The notes beneath the pieces were generated by a model. The model did no database searches and was not told the origin of the DNA. It saw nothing but the letters and a program-made list of their open reading frames with translations. A program made the translations under genes and the position numbers. From an uncultured bacterium (GTDB lineage: Bacteria; Verrucomicrobiota; Verrucomicrobiia; Verrucomicrobiales; DEV007), in contig CAXBMO010000006.1 of the NCBI GenBank assembly GCA_963977015.1, positions 281,023 to 345,022 on the forward strand: a stretch of 64,000 nt of DNA. Reading direction: 5' to 3'. Positions 40,901-50,737 of this stretch are shown here, in pieces (within the stretch, counting starts at the first letter, position 1; each line of letters begins with the position of its first letter).

Positions 40901-41936
40901 TGATCAATCCGTCGCCCGCGGCGTTGAGGTGGAAACCGGGGGATTGATGGAGTTCCCTGAAAAGGGGACGCTTGCGAAGATCGACTTCGAGCCGCTCCAA
41001 ACACGACTGTTCCTAACCCCGCGTCAGGAAATCAAGTTGGCGCCCCTTCGATGGTTTGAGTTGCAGCGAAACTGGTGGCGGGCCTCCTCGGCTCCTCCCC
41101 AAAAGGCTCTCCCGAAATCACCGCACCGATTTTCGGTCGATCTATCCGGAGACTGGGCCTTTCGCCCGCTTGACGACGGAGAGGACGGGGCCGCCTTTGT
41201 CGCACCGGCTTTTGACGACTCCAGCTGGCAGAAAATCCGCCTCGATATCTGGACGATGCCCGATCAAAAGGACCTTCGCCGCGCCGTGATTCGCAAGACG
41301 TTCACCATTCCGTCCAGCTGGAAAGACGGCGATGCGGAATTCTGGTTGCAGTCGTGGCAGGCCACCACTTTCATCGACCGGGGACGGGTTTGGATGGACG
41401 GAAAACTCATCCGGGACTGGAACTCGCGGGGAATTGAAGGCGTCAATCCGGAAGGTTCACTGCAAGCGGGAACCACCCATACCGTTGCCGTGGAAATCGA
41501 TGGCAATCGATCGCTGGTCGGCTCGCGGGGCACCTCGTGGCTCTGGTTCTGGCCGAAAGCGGCTGCGGAGATTGACCTGGCCGGAGAATGGGAAACCAGT
41601 CAGGATGTGATGCGTTACGAAAACACCGTCACGTTGCCGGGGGAATACCGCGCCAGAAGTCTGCGCCGGACGGTGAGCATTTCGCGGGAACACGAGGGCA
41701 GGAACGTATTGATCGATATCACTGCGGACGGACAACTCCTCGGCGTTTTGTGCAACGGGAAGTGGGTGCGTCGTTTTCATCACATCATCGGAACTCGCTT
41801 CCAGTTGAATGTGACGCCCTGGGTGAATTTTGGCGGCGAAAATGAGATTGAACTGATCCACCGCAACGAACCCGGAAGAGGCGAGATCAAAGTCGTGAAA
41901 CTGAAGTTGTACGCTCCGGACCAACCGTATCCCTGA
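37950..41936 (+). CDS. Large lipoprotein, GH42/beta-galactosidase-like with several sugar-binding beta-sandwich domains
   Basis: Lipobox LVSGC; GH42-like FQSYLKTQYNSLAQLNTAWGT..SWEE; trimerisation-like IEDYVRQGGTFL; three DLxGxW-initiated GH2_N-like domains. Confidence 0.7.
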   Translation: MKRRFECTMIIAGLMLVSGCEIEQEINDRSEEKPKPEFHVREDGVAGLTREQTLPDRNLRGFGKVSGVLWNSPEGSILQINCEETQDALLTHAKYLSDLRTTSYELEKVTIPDTNLSAWQVEGQGVVSALCEGTRVFIIASSEIEGLVKLIRDGFSGEVAKAESEPKAEVPMWLDRWDQYGFRFYYRPWERPKSGAFQAENYDVSQEFEFAEQSDRSGFVFWATTNQVDTAEGMTNYGYWNFAAKAAAAKKLPVGLNIMTGGPGMSWFHNRYRDQGSMKMPQYCGTYHEVANDYFGGSGFVSWNATTAKDANLGIIQDFINESAAHGNLTTILEPHGELKHGDYDLFMEYGPIADRGFQSYLKTQYNSLAQLNTAWGTSLKSWEEARVPEVASFLGWGKQAFDLTGQWRIQQEPEFEEKATGAEQAETTSSKAPKEWFEADFDDSSWPAFLAPGHDRTMFLPKKPAVYRQTIDLPATWIQGKKKVYLYCWDLNRDWHQPVLLYINGKLAAEDKVKHPVSHYMAVDVTAHLQAGKNQITLRLPSGYLAYRIYLSPDEPLQYPALGKEKNALWVDFMGWIRWSRVEMARRGMEMIRQAQPDIQIDLMAPDGYEDGVKQLAQRYGGNFKNTGYMGAFWADHLPSQMRSAGLPFSLEPGGPASTLEGFKKQLGLYHTEGLNGIDYFIHIGSVMWPDDIRAHFQKTLKTTRLIGKYHPPQSEVAFFWGTKNKALQGYPWGTDPDVNLPSAYNCKDTANQLLWRGWPRDNVSESDFANGNANQYKVIIDTNTSIMTEEQLKGIEDYVRQGGTFLTFIQTGRHTPTETDTWKISTLTGYKVLSWDLPVSDQDPGPQPMKPAPGQEFFTQKDGWVYRASVGLRLEKVAPDAQDLLHWNDGTVAAGMRSIGKGRIIHFGPRNGTQWWPGVDVDALESILRNLNISQVPAHFEKEQNGKDLLMRHYVTNNGLYHVWAVWNQNPTESRQATLVFDDQSVARGVEVETGGLMEFPEKGTLAKIDFEPLQTRLFLTPRQEIKLAPLRWFELQRNWWRASSAPPQKALPKSPHRFSVDLSGDWAFRPLDDGEDGAAFVAPAFDDSSWQKIRLDIWTMPDQKDLRRAVIRKTFTIPSSWKDGDAEFWLQSWQATTFIDRGRVWMDGKLIRDWNSRGIEGVNPEGSLQAGTTHTVAVEIDGNRSLVGSRGTSWLWFWPKAAAEIDLAGEWETSQDVMRYENTVTLPGEYRARSLRRTVSISREHEGRNVLIDITADGQLLGVLCNGKWVRRFHHIIGTRFQLNVTPWVNFGGENEIELIHRNEPGRGEIKVVKLKLYAPDQPYP

Positions 41937-41998
41937 ACGATTCGGCGGCGCTTTTTCGGGATTGTGTTCGCACCCGGTGAGCGATCGTGTCGTTGGGG

Positions 41999-42937
41999 CT
42001 AATACGCCTTTACCGGTGAAACAAAGCCCGGCGGCTTGAGCGCGAGGAGCGAGCAGGTTAGCTCTTGAATAATGTTTTCCGCAGTGTTCCCGATCACGAT
42101 TCCGGCGATGCCAGTCCTCGCAATCGTACCCATCACCAGGATGTCGATCCCGTTCTTCTCGATGAACTTTGGAATCAATCTCTCCGGTTCTCCTCGCAGA
42201 TGATGGATCTCCTTCCGGTCGGAAATTTCGGACTCCCTCAGCAACTTCTGAAGCGCAGCCGCGTGCTCCGTCATCGTTCCAGAGACCAGGATGGCAATGG
42301 CATCCTCATCCATGCGCACCCAGGGAGTGTTTTGAAGAAAATCCTCAAACTCATATTCCCAGCAGGAAATCACGTGAAGTTCCCCGCTGCAGGTATCGGC
42401 CAGCGAGCGAGCCAGCTGCAGCATTCGCAGGGACTGGGTGCGGGCTTCCGGTTCATCGCTCTCGGGATCGATGGCGACGGCAACCTTGATTTCGCTCCGC
42501 GGACGGCTGATCGGACGGGTTAGCCAGACCGGGCACGGACACTTGCGGAGCAGAGCCATGTCGATCGCCTTGAACCCCCGGCCGCGATCGCGCGTTTCCG
42601 CCTCCTTGACGAGAAGGTCATGCCCATCGCGCAGCACCTGCTGGATAATACGGCTGGCGGGGTGCTTGCCGATTGCCAACGCAACGTCAACCTGGATGGC
42701 ATTGGGTTCCAGTTTGAGAGCCTCGCTTGCAGAGCGCACCGAGGAGGTCGCCTGATCCACAAGGGACTGCTCAAACTTCACCTTGTGTTCCGGAAGATCC
42801 CTGGGGAATTCCGGGCAAGCCACCAGCACCTTGAGTGGCGCCCCGTTGTTTCGCGCCAGGCTGAGTGCCTGCTTCAAGCCACCCGTTTCATCCGTGGTCC
42901 CATGGCTTACATAGAGAAGGTTGTGAAAGTGTTGCAT
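41999..42937 (-). CDS. Tandem-domain universal stress protein (UspE-like)
   Basis: DMALLRKCPCPVWL, DILVMGTIARTGIAGIVIGNTAENII..CSLLALKP. Confidence 0.9.
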   Translation of the reverse strand: MQHFHNLLYVSHGTTDETGGLKQALSLARNNGAPLKVLVACPEFPRDLPEHKVKFEQSLVDQATSSVRSASEALKLEPNAIQVDVALAIGKHPASRIIQQVLRDGHDLLVKEAETRDRGRGFKAIDMALLRKCPCPVWLTRPISRPRSEIKVAVAIDPESDEPEARTQSLRMLQLARSLADTCSGELHVISCWEYEFEDFLQNTPWVRMDEDAIAILVSGTMTEHAAALQKLLRESEISDRKEIHHLRGEPERLIPKFIEKNGIDILVMGTIARTGIAGIVIGNTAENIIQELTCSLLALKPPGFVSPVKAY

Positions 42938-42952
42938 GGTTCGATTCCTTTC

Positions 42953-45667
42953 TCACAAATCTTGATCCTCATTCAGGATGATCTCGGGGGTCTTCAGGCG
43001 CAAACGGATCTGCTTTTCGGTTTCGATGATCAAGAGGAAGACGACGCCAATGCCAACGATGATGACCCCGTCGAAAAAGGGCACCGGCGCGGTTTCGAAG
43101 ATGGGCTGCAGTGGCGGCAGATAGGTAATGGCAAACTGGGCGATGGTGACGGAGATCACGGTCGCCCACACCATCCTGGTGCCCTTGACCAGCTTCCAGG
43201 TTAACGACGTTCCGTAAATATTCCGGATGAAGAACAGGTGGGCAATCTCCATGACCACGAGGGTATTCACGGCCATGGTCCGCGCCAGTTCGAGGGAATA
43301 GCCCCGGTCGATGGCATATGCGTAGATCCCGAAAACGCCAAAAAGAAACAGGGTCGAGACGAGGACGATGTGCCACGCCAATTCCCCGGTTAGTAGCGGC
43401 TCGTTCCTTGGGCGCGGCGCGCGGCGCATCGTATTGTCTTCGGTCGGCTCGAAAGCCAGCGCGATCCCCAGCGTAATCGCGGTGATCAGGTTGATCCAAA
43501 GAATCTGGACGGCGGTGATCGGCAGGGTCATGCCAAGAAGCAGCGCGACGACGATCGTCATGGCTTCCCCGGCATTGGTCGGCAGGGTCCAGCTGATCAC
43601 CTTCTTGATGTTGTCGTAGACCGTTCGTCCCTCGCGCACGGCGGCAACGATCGAGGCGAAATTGTCATCCGCGAGAACCAGCTCGGCGGCTTCCTTTGCG
43701 GCCTCGCTGCCTTTCACTCCCATGGCGATGCCGGCGTCGGCACGCTTGAGCGCGGGCGCGTCGTTCACGCCGTCCCCCGTCATCGCGACCGTCAGGCCGT
43801 GGGATTGCAACGCCATCACGAGCCTGAGTTTGTGCTCCGGGCTCGTCCGGGCGAAAATGTCCGCATCCAGAACGGTGGCTGCCAGCGTGATGTCATCCAT
43901 GGCGTCAAGATCGGAGCCGGAAAGTACCCGGTCGGGATTCTGAAGTCCGATTTTCCGCCCGATCGCGGCGGCCGTTCCCTTGTGGTCTCCGGTGATCATC
44001 TTGACCCGTATCCCGGCGTCGCGACACTCCGCGACGGCCGCAATGGCCTCGGGACGCGGCGGATCGATCAGTCCCACCAAGCCGATCAGGATCAGCGCGC
44101 CTTCAACGTCCTCGAACTCGAGGACGGTATGTTCCGGCGGGACCTGCCTGACCGCAAACGCCAACACGCGCTGGCCCTGCGCCGCGATGGCCTCGGCTTT
44201 TTCGTGCCAGTAGGCTTCCTTGCGAGGCTCGGTTCCGTTCGTCAGGCTTCGCTGCTCCGCGCACATGGAAAGAATCACTTCCGGCGCGCCTTTCACCGAA
44301 ATGAAGGCATGGTTTTCATGGTCGTGATTCAACGTGGCCATGAAGCGATGCTTGGAGTCGAAAGGGATGGCATCGGTGCGCGTCCACGTTGCGATCTCGT
44401 TTCTGATATCCAGGCCGATCTTGCCGGACAAGGTCAACAACGCGCCTTCCATCGGGTCGCCCTCGACCGCCCACTCGCCCTCATGTTCGTGCAGCGAAGC
44501 GTCGTTGCACAAGGCTGCCGAACGACCGAGTTCTTCAAGGATGGTGTGCTCGCGGCCGGTCACCGCGGCTTCGTTCAGCCTGATGATGCCGTTCGGTTGA
44601 TACCCGGAACCCTCAAGCGCGAACACGTGAGCTTGCGTCACCACCGAGGTGGCCATCATTTCATTGCGTGTCAGGGTACCGGTTTTGTCAGAGCAGATCA
44701 CCGACACCGAACCCAGCGTTTCAATCGCGGGCAATCGCCGGACAATGGCATTGCGTCGAGCCATGGCCTGCACCCCAACCGCCAGGGTGATGGTCAGGAC
44801 TGCGGGCAACCCCTCGGGGATGGCGGCAACGGACAAGCCGACGACCGCCATGAACATTTCGGCAAACTCAAAATGTTCGACGAAGTAGCCGAATACCAGC
44901 AGGACCGCGGCGATCAGGAGGATCAGGATGGTCAACCACTTGGCAAAAACGTTCATCTGCCGGACCAACGGCGTGGTGAGAACTTCGACCTTTGAAAGCA
45001 TGCCGCTGATGCGCCCGATTTCCGTGTTTGCACCCGTTGCCACCACGATTCCCCGTCCCATTCCGCTGGTAACCAGGGTGCCGCTGAACGCCATGCAGGT
45101 GCGGTCGCCCAGCGCCGCATCGGTCGGCACCGCCCCCGTTTGCTTGTCCACCGGCACGGATTCTCCCGTGAGAATCGCTTCCTGAACCTGAAGGCCGTGA
45201 GCCTTGATCAAGCGCAGGTCGGCGGGAACTTTGTCGCCCGCCTCCAGCAACACGATGTCGCCGGGAACCAGGTGGTCGCCCTCGATGCTGCGGCGGTCAC
45301 CATCCCGCAATACCGAAGCCCGAAGGGCAAGCATGCGGCGGATTGCCTCCATCGCCTTCTCCGCCTTGCCTTCCTGAAAGAAGCCGATCGCGGCATTGGC
45401 AACGACCACCGCCAGGATGACCAGCGTATCGGTGACATGCCCCAACGAAGCCGTGATGGCCGCCGATCCCAGAAGCACGTAGATCAGGATGTTGTGGAAA
45501 TGGAGGACAAACCGGGTCAGGGCCCTGCGTTTGGGCGGCTCCGGAAGTCGATTGGGGCCGTGCTCAGCCAGGCGTGCCGCCGCCTCTTCATGGGTGAGGC
45601 CATCGACCGACGTCGTCAAGACGTCCAGAACCGCGTCCGGGGACTCGTGGTGCCAATGAGGGTCCAT
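42953..45667 (-). CDS. Cation-transporting P2A-type ATPase (Ca2+-type, CtpF/PacL-like)
   Basis: [48 protein letters not shown]. Confidence 0.95.
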   Translation of the reverse strand: MDPHWHHESPDAVLDVLTTSVDGLTHEEAAARLAEHGPNRLPEPPKRRALTRFVLHFHNILIYVLLGSAAITASLGHVTDTLVILAVVVANAAIGFFQEGKAEKAMEAIRRMLALRASVLRDGDRRSIEGDHLVPGDIVLLEAGDKVPADLRLIKAHGLQVQEAILTGESVPVDKQTGAVPTDAALGDRTCMAFSGTLVTSGMGRGIVVATGANTEIGRISGMLSKVEVLTTPLVRQMNVFAKWLTILILLIAAVLLVFGYFVEHFEFAEMFMAVVGLSVAAIPEGLPAVLTITLAVGVQAMARRNAIVRRLPAIETLGSVSVICSDKTGTLTRNEMMATSVVTQAHVFALEGSGYQPNGIIRLNEAAVTGREHTILEELGRSAALCNDASLHEHEGEWAVEGDPMEGALLTLSGKIGLDIRNEIATWTRTDAIPFDSKHRFMATLNHDHENHAFISVKGAPEVILSMCAEQRSLTNGTEPRKEAYWHEKAEAIAAQGQRVLAFAVRQVPPEHTVLEFEDVEGALILIGLVGLIDPPRPEAIAAVAECRDAGIRVKMITGDHKGTAAAIGRKIGLQNPDRVLSGSDLDAMDDITLAATVLDADIFARTSPEHKLRLVMALQSHGLTVAMTGDGVNDAPALKRADAGIAMGVKGSEAAKEAAELVLADDNFASIVAAVREGRTVYDNIKKVISWTLPTNAGEAMTIVVALLLGMTLPITAVQILWINLITAITLGIALAFEPTEDNTMRRAPRPRNEPLLTGELAWHIVLVSTLFLFGVFGIYAYAIDRGYSLELARTMAVNTLVVMEIAHLFFIRNIYGTSLTWKLVKGTRMVWATVISVTIAQFAITYLPPLQPIFETAPVPFFDGVIIVGIGVVFLLIIETEKQIRLRLKTPEIILNEDQDL

Positions 45668-45883
45668 GGTTATAGGGCGTGCCGACGGTGCTTCATGGTT
45701 GGGGAATTGGACACTTTAGTCCCGGATTCCTCCTGCCTACTTCGCGGATCCTGCGTTTTGCATCGCATCGCATGAGCATTGCTCCGTTCGGGATGGATCT
45801 CATCTTGCCGAAATTCCATCCATGCTCTGGGCCGGGCATCCCTTCGAACGGGAACGTTAGGCAAGATCGCCTGACCCGGATGA
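45586..45883. repeat. 298-bp direct repeat, copy A (ATPase 5' end and upstream region)
   Basis: Colinear with 47323-47620; about 16 substitutions by manual count, no indels. Confidence 0.95.
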
Positions 45884-45923
45884 TCAATGGTACCTTGGGC
45901 TGTTGAAGTCTGCCGCATCTCGA

Positions 45924-46097
45924 GTCGTTGCCGCGGATGGTTTCGACGGTAGGGGAGGAGTTGAGAGGTGAGGGGTGGAGAGGCGAAGCTGGATCGTACT
46001 CGTATTCCTGGACGCTGAATCCGGCGCCGAAGACGAAGTTGGTGGCGACGCCGTCCTCGGTTTGGCTGACGCGTCGAGTGCGGTAGTCGTAGTTAAC
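45924..46097 (-). pseudogene. Rhs/YD-repeat core fragment (absent from the ORF track)
   Basis: Manual translation VNYDYRTRRVSQTEDGVATNFVFGAGFSVQEYEYDPASPLHPSPLNSSPTVETIRGND resembles the late YD repeats preceding the Rhs core. Confidence 0.65.
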
Positions 46098-46470
46098 CCT
46101 TGCGACCGATCAATGGAGACAAACTACCGATGGTCGAAGGCATCACGATCAAGGTCGATGCTCGGGCCATGGTTCTGGTGTCGTGGATTTCACGCAAGCT
46201 GCTACGGGCTCAACGAAGATGCGCACGCGATCGAGCGGTGGAGAAAATGGGCGGCCATCCCGGAATGTAGCGGTTTCGGGAACTGAGACGGTATCCTTAA
46301 ATTCGGCCATTCTACTGGCGCTAGGATCGGGGCATCGTCGCTGGGGTTACGGGAACAAGAATGCGCTTCGTAAGCTGGCGTTATGGATCGGAATGGATCA
46401 GGGACTGGATGATGCCGAGGATGTTGGGAAGCTCGGAGTTGAGGTGCCCTTTTGAGACACCAAACATTGA

Positions 46471-46959
46471 TCATTGATCCGCAGATTTATCTCGTGGCAC
46501 TATTGCAATCTCATAGCCGCTAATTGCCACCTTCCCTTCGACTTCAATGCAAATCATCTGCAGAATATCTTTCAACGTAGCTTCTTTAGCGGTAAAAGTA
46601 ACGCGCAGGTCCGATGCGTGTGGTAAGTAGCACCTGATATTCAGAGCGAAGTGTTTTCCGCCGTCCATTTGCTCCTTAATATCTGCAATTTGGCATTCCA
46701 TGAAGGCGAGGACGTCGATAAGCCGGTCATTGTTACTCTCTATGGCCGAGAAAGTATACTGATCGCACAACCTCGTGTACTCTTCAGTCACCTGTTTTAA
46801 CGGTCGTGCGACAAATTTCATTCCCTCATGAAATTCCACGATACTTCCTTCGTATTCTTGCTCGGTGCCTGGTGTTGACGGTACTAGAATTACAACGTCA
46901 GCAAATACGTCAATTTGAGAGGCGCAAAGCAACAACGCAATGAACATCTGTTTAGTCAT
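46471..46959 (-). CDS. Secreted hypothetical protein, candidate immunity protein
   Basis: AT-richer than the backbone; signal-like N-terminus; start overlaps the stop of the upstream toxin-like frame. Confidence 0.55.
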   Translation of the reverse strand: MTKQMFIALLLCASQIDVFADVVILVPSTPGTEQEYEGSIVEFHEGMKFVARPLKQVTEEYTRLCDQYTFSAIESNNDRLIDVLAFMECQIADIKEQMDGGKHFALNIRCYLPHASDLRVTFTAKEATLKDILQMICIEVEGKVAISGYEIAIVPRDKSADQ

Positions 46960-47320
46960 GACTATTAGTTTTGCTTCTCTTTCGTAGTTCTTCTAGCTCC
47001 TTGGAGTATTTCTTTTCAAGTTCCCTAACCTTCGCGTCCATCTTTTTCTGCCTCAATCGTTTGTCCTCCTTTGCCTCGCCTGGAAACAGATCATTCAAAG
47101 GCGGATGCTCACTTCCGGGATTCTCTACGTTCTTGCCGCCGTACACACTTTTGGCCGACGACTCAACAATATTTTGTGTTCTTACAGCCCGTTCTTCATT
47201 AATCCTGACGCTGAAACCCACTTTCTCATTGACCAAATATTTCTTTTGTCCGCCCTAGAGTTTGATCGCTGCGTCACCTAAATGTTACTCCAAAGTATGC
47301 TGAAATTCATGCGCACCGGA
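46952..47320 (-). pseudogene. Decayed HExxH metallopeptidase toxin tip
   Basis: Frame reads SGAHEFQHTLE*HLGDAAIKL*GGQKKYLVNEKVGFSVRINEERAVRTQN: HExxH plus a downstream E-x-R-A-V motif, with two stops. Confidence 0.55.
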
Positions 47321-47322
47321 AG

Positions 47323-47620
47323 CTTCATGGGTGAGGCCATCGACCGACGTCGTCAAGACGTCCAGAACCGCGTCCGGGGACTCGTGGTGCCAATGAGGGG
47401 CCATGGTTATAAGGCGTGCCGACGGTGCTTCAAAGTTGGGGAATTTGACACTTTAATCCCGGATTCCTCCTGCCTGCTTCGCGGATCCTGCGTTTTCCAT
47501 CGCATCGCATGAGCATCGCCCCGTTCGGGACGGATCTCATCCTGCCGAAATTCCACCCAAGCCCTGGGCCGGGCATCCCTTCGAACGGGAACGTTGGGCA
47601 AGATCGCCTGACCCGGATGA
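47323..47620. repeat. 298-bp direct repeat, copy B (orphan ATPase 5' end)
   Basis: Encodes [27 protein letters not shown] versus MDPHWHHES... in copy A. Confidence 0.95.
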
Positions 47621-47640
47621 CTCTACGAAGGAGACGCTCA

Positions 47641-49113
47641 TCATTTCCGCGCGGCCTCAAGCAACCGGGCATGCTGCGCGACAACGTCCCGCCAGCGTGA
47701 TTCGTCGGCCAGGTTGCGCATCTCCGCATCATCCGTCGCGTGGTCATAGAGCTCTCGGGCGGTTTCCCGACCGTCGATCAAATCGATCCAGGACACATAA
47801 CGCCAGCGCTCGGTGCGCACCGTATAGCCCATGATCCTGGGCTTGCTGCGCCAGTTTCGGGATTCCCAGGGGCGCGGGAATTGCGAGAAGGCGGCATCCT
47901 TTACGGTCGCCCCCGCATCGTCAAGCACCGGGCGCAGGCTCACACCCGCCAACCCCTTCGTTGGGGGCAAACCCGCCAGATCCACCAGGGTGGGGAACAC
48001 GTCTACCAATTCAACGAGGGCTTCGGTTCGCGCTCCCGCATTCGGATTGCCGGGCACCCGGATGATCAACGGCACCCGGGTGTCGAGTTCATAGTTGGTG
48101 GCTTTGCACCAATAACCGCGTTCGCCCAGGTGGAAACCGTGATCCCCCCAAAGCACCACGATGGTATTCGCGGCGGCTCCCGAACGCTCCAACTCGTCCA
48201 GCAAGAGTCCCACCTGCGTGTCGATGAAACTCACACAGGCATAGTAACCGTGTCGCAACTCCGCGGCTTTCTCGGCCGGGATCGGGCCCGCGTTGGGGAT
48301 GTCGCGATACCCCCGTAACTCGGGCAATGAGGACACCACCGCCAACGACAATTGATCCTCCGGAGCCGTCGCGTTCGGTAGGGTCGTGAATGATTCCCGG
48401 GCATACCGGTCCCAGTAGGGGCGGGGAGTGGAAAACGGCAGGTGCGGCTTGTGGAACCCCACGGCGAGAAAGAAGGGTTCTTCCGGTTCCTGCATGGCCC
48501 GGTTCTGCAGCCAGGCCACCGCGTGGCGCGCGATCCGGCCATCGGGATAGTTCTCGTCGGCCACGTCCGCCGCCTCGGTCGCCGCCATCTTTCGTCCCGT
48601 GACCGGGCGGTTGGTTGCGTTCTTCCCCGCCTGATTCTCAGGTAAAAAGTAAGCCTCCGAAATGTCGTTATGGTAGAGTGTCGCCGGTTCCGACCAGGAG
48701 GCTGGATCCTGGTACGGTTCCTGGCTGTGAAAAATCTTGCCGAAGGCCGTCGCGGCGTAACCCCGTTGATGAAAATACTGGGGCAACGTTTCCACGTCCG
48801 GCAGTCGTTCGCGGAAACGGGTGTAAAGATTCCAGACTCCGGTCTCGTCCGGCCGGCGTCCCGTCATGATCGAAGCCCGGGACGGCGTGCAAACTGCTTC
48901 CTGACAGTAGGCCCGCATAAAGGTGGTTCCGGTCGCCGCCAAACGATCGATATTCGGCGATTGCGCCAGCGGGTCCCCATAAGCTCCGAGAGCCGGTCGC
49001 AGATCATCGACCGCGATAAACAGTACATTCGGTCTCGCAACGGCACATTCAGCGCCCCACAAGGACGCCAGCACCGCTGCCAGAAATCGGAACTTGGTCA
49101 GGATTCGCACCAC
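47641..49113 (-). CDS. Secreted formylglycine-dependent sulfatase (iduronate-2-sulfatase-like)
   Basis: PNVLFIAVDDLRP, CTPSRASIMTG, GKIFH, GFHKPHLPF, WGDHGFHLGE. Confidence 0.95.
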   Translation of the reverse strand: MVRILTKFRFLAAVLASLWGAECAVARPNVLFIAVDDLRPALGAYGDPLAQSPNIDRLAATGTTFMRAYCQEAVCTPSRASIMTGRRPDETGVWNLYTRFRERLPDVETLPQYFHQRGYAATAFGKIFHSQEPYQDPASWSEPATLYHNDISEAYFLPENQAGKNATNRPVTGRKMAATEAADVADENYPDGRIARHAVAWLQNRAMQEPEEPFFLAVGFHKPHLPFSTPRPYWDRYARESFTTLPNATAPEDQLSLAVVSSLPELRGYRDIPNAGPIPAEKAAELRHGYYACVSFIDTQVGLLLDELERSGAAANTIVVLWGDHGFHLGERGYWCKATNYELDTRVPLIIRVPGNPNAGARTEALVELVDVFPTLVDLAGLPPTKGLAGVSLRPVLDDAGATVKDAAFSQFPRPWESRNWRSKPRIMGYTVRTERWRYVSWIDLIDGRETARELYDHATDDAEMRNLADESRWRDVVAQHARLLEAARK

Positions 49114-49342
49114 GAGAAGGCGCAGTCTACCAAGGACTGCCGGTTAGGGCATCCGTTGATTTCAAGTCGTTGTTTTTTATTTCGTCTCGACAAGGGACCC
49201 CACAATCTCTCTTTCGGGAAAGCTCGAGCATACCCCCGATGGTGTGAAGCTCGTTCGCCGGTAGATCGAGTCCGTTCTGTGTCGCGAATTGTCGACCGTT
49301 CGGTACTTGCAAAACGCCACCTTGCAGGCGTATAGAGCGCCG

Positions 49343-50737
49343 GTGTTTTTCGTTCCAAAAGGTTGCATTCCAAGACTTTGCCGAGCTGCGTTGTTGCTGC
49401 TTCTGGCAACTCAGGGGTGTGGTGTCCACACGGTGAATGAGGAGCCGCAACCGGCCAAGCCGGGAAAAACCGGGTTTGTCAACCATCAGGCCCCATCCGG
49501 CTCGCGGGGAAACCATGGAGACCGATGGTGGAAGCGGTTTCGGGATTCGAATCTGGATGGGTTGATTGAGGCCGCGTTGGCGGAGAATCCCGATCTGCAG
49601 GCGGTCAGTCGGCGCATTGATCAGGCGAATGCGCGGTTGGTTCAGGCTGGGGCGACGCTGTTTCCCCAAATCGGCTTCGGCGGGGACTTCGAGAGCCGGT
49701 GGGACGAGGGCGGGAGCCGCGTTGATGGGTCGTCGCTTGGGCTCACGTTTGACTGGGAGCTGGATGTCTGGGGCCGGATTCGGTCGGGGCGTTCGGCGCG
49801 GGAGAAGGAAGCGGAAGCGGCGGCGGCAGACTGGGAAACGGCGCGTCTGTTGCTGACCGCCTCGGTCGCGGAAACGTGGTATGAATTGATCGAACAACGC
49901 GGACAGCTGAGATTGGCGGGCGAGCAGCTTGACGTGAACCGGACGCTGCTGGAATTGACCCGCTTGCGTGCCGGGCAGGGTCAGGGTTCGGCGGTCGCGG
50001 TTTTGCAGCAGCAGGAACAACTTCAATCCATTGAAACGCGCGTTCCTGATATTGAGGCGCGAATCGAGGCGCTGGAATTGACGCTCGATGCGTTGATCGG
50101 CAGCCTGCCGGGATCCCGAAAGCGGGTGTCCGGGACGGACGAGCTCCGCAGCCCACCGCCCCTGCCGAAAACGGGCCTTGCGTCCGATTTGCTGGCGGAT
50201 CGGCCGGATTTACGGGCGCGACGGGCTCGGGTCATCGCCCTGGATCACGAAGTGGGAGAGGCGATCGCGGATCGCCTGCCGCGATTTTCGATCGGGGGCT
50301 CGCTGGGCGCCGGTGGATCGCCCGGGCTTGACCGTTTGATCGGAGACGCAATCGCCGGGGCCGTCGCGCCTGTTTTTGAAGCGGGCAGCCGCAAGGCGGA
50401 AGTCAGCCGTCGCCAGTCGCGGGTTCAAGAGGAACTCGATCTCTACACGGGCGATTTCATCGCCGCGGTTCGCGATGTCGAGACGGCGCTTTCCAATGCG
50501 GCGAAGCTGGCGGAACGGGTCAGGCGTCAATCCGTGCAGCTGGACACCGCCCGAAAACTTCTCGCCGAGTCGCGCAATCGCTACACTCAAGCGGTCACCG
50601 ACTACCTGCCGGTTCTCGACGCCGTGTCGAAAGTTCAACAACTGGAGCGAGATTTGCTCACGAGCCGACGTGAATGGCTTAGCGCACACGTCGCGCTGCA
50701 TCGCGCCCTGGGTGGACCGATGCCCGAAAAACCATGA
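49343..50737 (+). CDS. RND efflux outer-membrane lipoprotein (TolC/OprM family)
   Basis: Lipobox LATQGC, WWKRFRDSNLDGLIEAALAENPDL, WELDVWGRIR, LLADRPDLRA, ALGG. Start uncertain (frame open from 49289). Confidence 0.9.
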   Translation: MFFVPKGCIPRLCRAALLLLLATQGCGVHTVNEEPQPAKPGKTGFVNHQAPSGSRGNHGDRWWKRFRDSNLDGLIEAALAENPDLQAVSRRIDQANARLVQAGATLFPQIGFGGDFESRWDEGGSRVDGSSLGLTFDWELDVWGRIRSGRSAREKEAEAAAADWETARLLLTASVAETWYELIEQRGQLRLAGEQLDVNRTLLELTRLRAGQGQGSAVAVLQQQEQLQSIETRVPDIEARIEALELTLDALIGSLPGSRKRVSGTDELRSPPPLPKTGLASDLLADRPDLRARRARVIALDHEVGEAIADRLPRFSIGGSLGAGGSPGLDRLIGDAIAGAVAPVFEAGSRKAEVSRRQSRVQEELDLYTGDFIAAVRDVETALSNAAKLAERVRRQSVQLDTARKLLAESRNRYTQAVTDYLPVLDAVSKVQQLERDLLTSRREWLSAHVALHRALGGPMPEKP

